A stretch of 55,706 nucleotides of DNA, counting the filler, from Sphacelaria rigidula (lineage: Eukaryota), in NCBI GenBank assembly GCA_964200075.2. It is 6 parts of 6 records of this genome, joined end to end, with 100 filler letters (N's around TTAATTAATTAA, not from the genome) between each part and the next. Parts side by side here need not be neighbours in the genome. Positions count along the whole stretch, not along the records: positions 46,507 to 55,706 come from CAXNAA020009058.1; 5 more parts are not named here. One strand, written 5' to 3'. This document shows, piece after piece, positions 48,727 to 55,706 of the stretch. Under the pieces are notes generated by a model. It did no database searches and had not been told where the DNA came from. It saw only the letters and a program-made list of their open reading frames with translations. Made by a program: the position numbers and the translations under genes. Numbering within the stretch: the first letter of the stretch is position 1; every line of letters begins with the position of its first letter.

Positions 48727-50356
48727 CTGTGAATTTGGGGGGAAATGGGCCGATGGGTACACGGGACACGGGAGATCAGAAGGAGGAAGAGCGGCGCATC
48801 GTCAAGAAACCTCTTACGCAAGCAAGGTTTATCGATCTCAGGTGGCTTCACCACGCTCCTGGCTACTTCGAAGGTGAAACTTTCGCATTGTGGCACCCTT
48901 TACTCGAATCTGGATCTCAAGGTTATGCTCGTACCCCACGAGATTCCTTGGAGTTGAAGGAATGTCAAGTACCGGTTTGAAAATCTTGTCCGGGTACGCT
49001 AAAAGTTTGTGGGAGCATTTGAGAATTTCCTCAAAAGGATAGTTAAGTTGATCAACGCCCGAATAAGCGGTACGAGCGGACAATTTCCTTGTCATCAACT
49101 TATGGTATCGTTTGCTCTCGTGAAGGGTACGCTGAAGCAGGGTCTCGAGAAACAAATCGAGAGTGCCGCCGTGGCCCAGGATACGTTGTTTTTCCTGTGC
49201 GCAGTAGCTCCCTCAAAAATGTCCATAAAAAGCAAAAAGTGACGTCGCGTCCATGTGGGTAAACACAAAAATTCAACTGTTGAAACTCGCACGGGTGGTG
49301 AAATGCTCGGTTCCCCCGTATCAAGTCCGTCCACGACCGAATATAGCTCACCCTGCCGTGTCTCGCACTTTTCTTGGAGCCTCATCAATTCTCGACTCTC
49401 AAGTGTCATGCCAGGAAGAGGAAAGGGCTTCTCGACTTTTGAAAAGCACAGGTGACAGCTGGTGGTACGTTACAGCTTCGACTCGGCCACGCTACATCAT
49501 GTGGCCTGCTAATATCAACATCATGGGGAGACTTCTACCGCCGTGCGGCAGTACAACAGAGTCACGGCACGGTCGTGTTTGATCAGGGGCACCGCTGTCT
49601 GATTTCACGTACTCACCATGGTACAACGAGCACTAGTACGCGTTTACGTAACGACAAAACGCACCGCAATAAGGCCGCCACGAATACGAGCATGGCTATC
49701 CAACCCGGTACTCGTGATAAACGGTACACATGAAGGTACAATCCTGTACAGGACGGCGTTAGGCACACAGTTTCATGATGAAATGTGTCCGATGAAAATT
49801 CGGTACGCATGGGAATGTCGTCAACACCATGAAGCATGATCGTCCTCGCGCCCTCCGGGCAGTTGGGAGAACGCGTCGGGGAATATGCTTTCCACGAAGT
49901 TGATACGACGGGCATTGCTTAACGGGCGCGTTTTGGGCGTCAAGTAGTAAGTTACCCTGGTTTCAGGGCAGTACAGTACAGAGCAGCTGACGGTCGGTGT
50001 GTTGCAGGCCTTGACGCCCTGAACCTTCTGGTACCGTGTAGAAAGTGTACTGCATACAACATGGATGAAGAGCGTATTTGGATCACACGCAACAGTCCAT
50101 ACCGTACGCAGTATACTGTTATGAAACTGGAATCCCTTGTCCAGGGTATGGAAGCCCTCGGACAAGCCTATGAATTCTCATCACCATCGTCGTGCGCTCA
50201 GCAACATGACTATACACAGCATAACACCCGCGTGTAGCTCCGTTCCATATATGACACCAGAAGGTTGACCCGTCACGCAGCCGGTTTTGGACAAGGGAGA
50301 AAATACATCATGCATTTACTAAATATGGGCACAGCCTAGATTACAACAATCCTCAC

Positions 50357-50418
50357 CTAGGCGCCACGAAGGCCTGGGCACCAGCGGCGCAAGCGACAGC
50401 CATGACAGCAGACTTCAT
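50357..50418 (-). CDS. lhcf: FCP exon 1: signal peptide MKSAVMAVACAAGAQ-AFVAP(S)
   Basis: ATG in accaccaagATG context; ASAFAP-type cleavage motif AQA-FVAP; 62 nt ending AG|gtgagg, in phase with exon 2 across a 1630-bp intron. Confidence 0.95.
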
Positions 50419-51247
50419 CTTGGTGGTTGTGAGTAGTGATTTGAGAAGATGGGTTGTGTTGCAGTGGGTAGGAAATAGAATGAGCAGGTTGGGGTGAGAG
50501 GGTGGTCGCGGGGCGTGTGCTTCGATCGTTTTCCGTTGAGTTGAGGGAATATCTTGGCTCTGTCTGTCAAACAGTTGACACGTATGACGTAATCATCCCA
50601 AACGTTACAATTACGTACTTGTACTGTACGCGGATCCTCTGGTGCCGATTCGACTGAATGTGCGGTGAAATACGGTACTGATCCGGTACTGTGCTTCCCG
50701 CCTGGCTGCCGTACCTGAGTGGTGAATCGCCTCCAGATTCCCGCAGCCTGTCCATTCAATGCACAGGGACACTTTCTGCATATCGCGTATGCTTGGGGGT
50801 AAAATTTCAATAATGTAGAATACGCTGTGACAAAAACCAAGCGGTATTCGATTATCACGACATGCACTTGCCGTGAGAAGACTTGTCCACGGTTTGCTGT
50901 ACTTTACGATGCTACATGAACATGGTCCACCCAGCGATAGAGAGCTATGTATACAAAACGTGGTAGCCTGTGGAGCGTGTGACAGCGTACTGCGTACTTT
51001 GAGCGTCATGAACCAGCCAAAATGTAGCACTCGTGTACGTGGTCGTGTAGGTGCAGCCAAGGATGTTGCTCGTTGAATTTACTGTGGCCGACCTCTGTAC
51101 ATGATATCCTCCGCGCCGTCTTGGATCGCAGGGGGTCTCGCAGCGACAGACAGAGCGGCGGCGGCACTGTTGGTGTTCGCAGTGGTGGGGGACTCCGCGT
51201 GGCGTGCAAAGACAAGTATAGTAAGAACATAAATCGAGGACAACATC

Positions 51248-51358
51248 ATGAGGGAATTTTGGGAGCGACGTGGCCGTACAGTGCGAGCGTCTCGACGACT
51301 GCGAGAAACTAAGGAATGGGTGGACGGAACCAGCGCGACGAAAATGGTGTACTGGCAG
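51248..51358 (+). CDS. Possible upstream exon of the IQ/WW gene (MREFWERRGRTVRASRRLRETKEWVDGTSATKMVYWQ)
   Basis: Ends CAG|gtgact in phase 0; the R..RE...WV...YW pattern echoes the WW exon at 53590. An in-frame TAA just upstream makes the 5' end uncertain. Confidence 0.45.
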
Positions 51359-51681
51359 GTGACTCTTGAATCGTGCTTGGCTTGAGAGCCGTCTCCTATG
51401 CCTTACACTGAAACTTACCGAACAGTAGACGAGGCGGCTGAGCTGTACTGTGCCCACGCGACTGGATGTGGCGTCATTGTTGAGCAATAACTGCAGGTTA
51501 GTTTGCAATTCTGGGTTCAATTTTGTCGACTGTCAAGAAATCATGGTGCCGTCAGTAAAGTCTCAGGGATCCAAGAGAGGATGCTCCCACTGTACAGCTC
51601 ATCACCATTATCCTTTTGATACACTACAACTCATCTCAGCTGTCTTGATCGTACATTCGTTTTTGCCCTCGACTGCTGTAG

Positions 51682-51779
51682 GACCTGAAAGAGGCGGAAG
51701 CACAGCGAAAGGAGCAGGCAGCCACTACATTGCAGGCCGCCTACAGGGGATGGGAGGGTCGCCAAGTCGCCGCGGATAG
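51682..51779 (+). CDS. IQ/WW-domain protein, IQ exon (DLKEAEAQRKEQAATTLQAAYRGWEGRQVAAD)
   Basis: tag acceptor and gtgcca donor; IQ consensus LQxxxRGxxGR; phase 0/2. Confidence 0.8.
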
Positions 51780-52113
51780 GTGCCAACTTGGCTTGCTGGT
51801 TGGCGAAACGATGGTATCAGATGAAACTGTTGGTACGGCTAACAACTGACGCTGATGTAAAGCTGCTTCACTGGCGTTGGGTTGTGTTGAAGGAAGCTTT
51901 TTCAGACGCTCGAGATACTAACTAACCATGCATGCACAGACCTGTACGACAAGAGAGAGCCCGCGTCGGTGTGACGGCTCACGCAGATCATGTGACAAGT
52001 CGTTTTGCTCGCGCCTTCTGCTGCAGATAAAAACAGACGCTTGATTCTTCGATTTCGCAGGAATGCCTATCGATCTCGATACGTTTTCTGTTAATGGCGG
52101 TGCGCTCTCACAG

Positions 52114-52210
52114 GAGAGCTCGTGTGCAAGCGGCGACATGTATCCAGCGGCACTATCGCGGGGTTTTGGGGCGACGGCTAGCCATAGAAGAACGCTGGAG
52201 CCAGCGACAG
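52114..52210 (+). CDS. IQ/WW-domain protein, IQ exon (RARVQAATCIQRHYRGVLGRRLAIEERWSQRQ)
   Basis: cag acceptor and gtgaac donor; IQxxxRGxxGR; phase 2/0. Confidence 0.85.
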
Positions 52211-52665
52211 GTGAACATCGTGCAAAAACAGCAGAGGACGCCACCCGGTGATAATGTTTTTCGCTGGTGGGCACTTCAACCTCGATTTTTTCAACAGAAC
52301 CCTGCGCTTCCGAAAATATCCCGCGAATAGACAGACCCCGACGAGATCCTCCCTCTAACGGAAATTCACTGACGCCTCACGTTCAAAGTAGGTCGGAACT
52401 GAAACTCTCATCACCGGCGTGAGCTACTGTATGACGTCAGCATGCGACCAAGTGTTTTTCGACCATTCAAATTATTTCATCTGAGACCGCAAGACGTCGG
52501 GCCACTGTTCGTTTGCTCTCTTTCCAACAGGGCGCACCGCATCCACGTATAGCCGTAGGTGGTGGAGTGGGTCACGAACTGTTGACTAACGGTGTTTGTC
52601 GAAATTTCATGAACACCGGCCCTGATGAGACTAATATATTATCTCAAATATCTCGGGTAATAAAA

Positions 52666-52869
52666 CCAAGGATACCGTCGACTGTCGGGGGTGTGCCCTA
52701 CGATGGAATCCCCTGGAGACTCTCAGGAAAAAAAAATAATTGAGCTTGGTCGAAATGATCGGCGCGGTCCAAGGATACCGTCGACTGTCGGGGGTGTGCC
52801 CTACGATGGAATCCCCCGGACACTTTCAAGAAAAAAACAAAGTGAGCTCGGTCAGAATGATTGGCGTGG
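52666..52869. repeat. 103-bp tandem duplication, intronic, possibly inside a MITE at about 52642-52923
   Basis: ccaaggataccgtcgactgtcgggggtgtgccctacgatggaatcccc is identical at 52666 and 52769; flanked by inverted aaatatctcggg / cccgaaatattt. Confidence 0.85.
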
Positions 52870-53589
52870 TTGTATTCCCGGTACGTCACGTTGCGGTACA
52901 AGAGTAATCCCGAAATATTTAGACCCGGTAAATTTCTTCCCTCTCTCGCACGAATCTGAGTGACATCCACACGACTGTACTCTCCGACGATGGTGTACAA
53001 GCACACGAAGATCCCACCACTAGTGATCCGTATCATCACCGGGATGCAGCAGCACAATGCAATCCCCACACGCACGGGCGGTGGGGCAACAGGTAGATAA
53101 GGGTATACTGCGGTGCACCTGCCGTAAGGTACGCGTAAGGCCGATGATACCGAACGCAAGAATGGTGTGCACTTAGCGTGTTCGTCCATACACGCAACGT
53201 CGCCCACCGACCTTTCGCAATCCTGCCTCCTCGCGCCGGCGATGCCCACTACATGTTCATTCGTTGTAATGCGATCTTCTTGTTTGTCGAATGATTTTCA
53301 TGTTTTTTTGCTGTTTCTCCGTTTTTTTCCCAACTCTGTGGTTCTAGCTTGCGATACGACCAGCCTTGACAATGGGAGTGATGCATACGCAACTTGTCAT
53401 TTTGTACGGGACTAACCTTGCGACCGCGCAGGCGAGTCGATCTATTGACGGACGACAATCGCTGCTATTGAAAGAAAGGGTCCTCGTCAGAGTCTTTATT
53501 AGGGTAATGTGCGCCCATTGCTTCGTACTGTACTATCCTGTGTCCCATAGGTGGTGCCTACCTCATACTCGCTTAAGCTTTTGGTTCAG

Positions 53590-53670
53590 CGCAGCCGCGA
53601 GACGCAGAGGATGAGCGGCTGGGTCGAATATTTCGACCCGGATACCGGAGCTTTCTGGTACCTAGAGGAG
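53590..53670 (+). CDS. IQ/WW-domain protein, WW N-terminal half (RSRETQRMSGWVEYFDPDTGAFWYLEE)
   Basis: cag acceptor and gtgagt donor; 81 nt, phase 0/0; W.E..D..TG..WY pattern. Confidence 0.85.
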
Positions 53671-54237
53671 GTGAGTAGAGGTGAAGCATGTGCTTTTTTA
53701 TACCATTTGTACGTGTTTAATTGCGGGTATGTTCGCCTCAAAAACGTGTGTGTGCGTGTGTTTGTGTGTGTGTGTGATTCATCTTTACACAGGGCACATT
53801 CTCCACACGCACGCGTACAATCTTGAAAATCGAAGATATTCACAGGTCGAACAAATAATGATTCGTCTGGAAATTACTAGGTTATAGTATATTTGATTTG
53901 AATAGCACGAATCAATCCCTAGGCTTTGTTTTTAGCGTTGCAACCCAGGTACACGCAGCCTGAACACGTGAAATGGCGCAAACGTTGCGTGGATACCCCT
54001 TGGACCAGCGGTCAACTTTTTCCTCCCTTTTGGGCTTTCAGGCCGAAGAAATCGTGGATTTGGTGATTTGTAGTCGTGCTGATTCTTCCTAACCGTGAAG
54101 ACATTTCATGTATTTTTATATACATGTGTGTTACTTCTTTGTTTGAACTGGTGTTGTGGTGTCGTAGTGCTCTTCTCGGAGCAGATTTCCGGAACTCACC
54201 TCACGAAAGGTTCGGAAATGACTCGGCAACACTGCAA

Positions 54238-54512
54238 GACACTTTCTACGACAGTCCCCCCCCCCCCCCAAAGTGCCTGGTTTGGGGAGGCAAAATGTTC
54301 ACGTAAATCGAAATTGAAAAAGCCGAGCACAGCGAGCAGCTGGCAATTTCCACGCTTGGGTTCGTTCTCACCAATGTCGTCCATATGAGGCGCTTCATGC
54401 AGCTTGAACCCAAACATCAGCCGCTGTATGGCCATTTGTTTCGTGACACTTTTGGGCTGGTTTCCGAGGGGTGTACTGGTTTCCGAGGGGGGGGGATAAC
54501 GTAGAAAGTGTC
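54238..54512. mobile_element. MITE, 275 bp, with a 4-bp TSD, intronic
   Basis: Perfect 13-bp TIR gacactttctacg / cgtagaaagtgtc with C- and G-tracts just inside; TSD gcaa on both sides. Confidence 0.8.
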
Positions 54513-55231
54513 GCAACTGCTGCTGCTTTGGTGTTATAGCGAGCGAAGACGAGTGTAAACTAACAACACGGACACTCCGTACGTTCTACCACACCGTGCT
54601 GCACTGCCCGAACGTTGTATGTAGTTGTTCAGTGCCTTGTACTTGGTTACTCCGTTGATTTACCGCTTGAAAATAGAAAAATCAGAAATACTAGCTGCGT
54701 GACCGTGCTGTTTTTTCCGTATCCCGAACAGAGATTACCGAGCGACTCACGGTTGTCAAGATGGCTCACTCAATATCGATTGTTTTCGCCAAAACCACAA
54801 GAGCACCAACATGCGCGCACACTCAAACATCGTTGGTCAAGCCTCGTGTACTTGTGCATTGGCGACTACGAGACTTGTCTATGCCCATGGACGGCTACAT
54901 GATTTTAGCCCGACATCGTGTTGATCACCAACGATCTTGTTGTTACAGTACGTGCATGGCAAACATGCCTAGCTAGCTGTTGATCTAAAGGACATAACAA
55001 AACACGGATAGTACAGGACAATATTTTCTCTCCACACTACACACAAGGTCAAGCACATACGCACACTTATGACACACATGTGTCTACACTGGCGGAACCG
55101 CGTCATACTCATTACGCACGACTGCCGTGTCTCGTGCGTCTGATATCTTAGCTTACCCCCGAACAATTGAACGTTTCTCCCCGTACGCACATCTCTTTGT
55201 GCGTTCTTTTATTGTGCCTCTGTTCTTCAAG

Positions 55232-55353
55232 GCAACCAAACACAGCACATGGGACGCCCCCGATTCTTTCTCGGATTCGATGACCTGTGTGTGGGATCCC
55301 TGGCCCGTCCCGTACTCCAGCCCTCTGGATAAACCCTGTCGGAAGGTCTTCAA
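55232..55353 (+). CDS. IQ/WW-domain protein, WW C-terminal half and a possible zinc-finger start (ATKHSTWDAPDSFSDSMTCVWDPWPVPYSSPLDKPCRKVF)
   Basis: Pyrimidine tract plus aag acceptor, phase 0, completing WYLEE|ATKHSTWDAP (the WW TW..P motif); gtgagc donor. Confidence 0.78.
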
Positions 55354-55706
55354 GTGAGCAAGAGAGAAAAAGAGACAAGATCATTAAAACGTGTTCGTTC
55401 GTGCGAAGAACGTTTTCCTTTAAACAAGAAACGCCGAATAAAGGTCCATCCTGGAATAATTTATCGGGCGAAACACATCGTATACAATATGTTTTTCACC
55501 ATATCTAGTTCTTGTCTTGATACACCTGGTATGCTTGTACGTATGGCTGTCCCTCGAGAGGCCGATTCTTAGTTCTTTAGTTCTTTAGTTGGCAGTATTT
55601 GGGGCCTTGAGCCTCGCCCGTAGTCGGACCCTGTGTTCATTTCTACTTGTCGCGCGTCTAGTTGAAAAGCCGAGTGCCACCCCCTGAAGTCCGAATGGCC
55701 ACCTGC

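Noticed and set aside
48727-48896. N-terminal extension of the 252-aa FCP ORF (MPQCESFTF...)
   Set aside because: Intron read-through; the true exon 1 is at 50357-50418.

Overview
Eukaryotic nuclear DNA, almost certainly from a brown alga (Phaeophyceae). The evidence is a two-exon fucoxanthin-chlorophyll a/c binding protein gene with the MKSAVMAVACAAGAQ-AFVAP bipartite plastid presequence, short exons in long introns, and (TAACCC)n repeats. The window is not one locus. It is six scaffolds (1-9202, 9303-18504, 18605-27805, 27906-37106, 37207-46406, 46507-55706; lengths 9202, 9202, 9201, 9201, 9200, 9200) joined in size order by 100-bp N-TTAATTAATTAA-N linkers, so nothing can be inferred across the linkers. 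Genes found: a complete Lhcf gene; four exons of a divergent BUD31/G10-like gene; three exons of a class-3 (DAG-lipase-like) lipase; four or five exons of an IQ/WW-domain gene. The rest is transposon-rich: a decayed non-LTR retrotransposon plus many 3'-end fragments, SINE-like elements, a hAT transposase relic, many MITEs, and several long imperfect palindromes. Most striking: (i) a ~5.4-kb inverted repeat (1928-7370) enclosing ten ~291-bp units, each itself a hairpin, a candidate polycistronic hairpin/small-RNA locus or Foldback-type element; (ii) a BUD31-like protein keeping only 4 of the 9 zinc-cluster cysteines and carrying a charged C-terminal extension; (iii) a LINE family with no poly(A) tail that duplicates C-rich target sites. 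Most six-frame ORFs listed are spurious.
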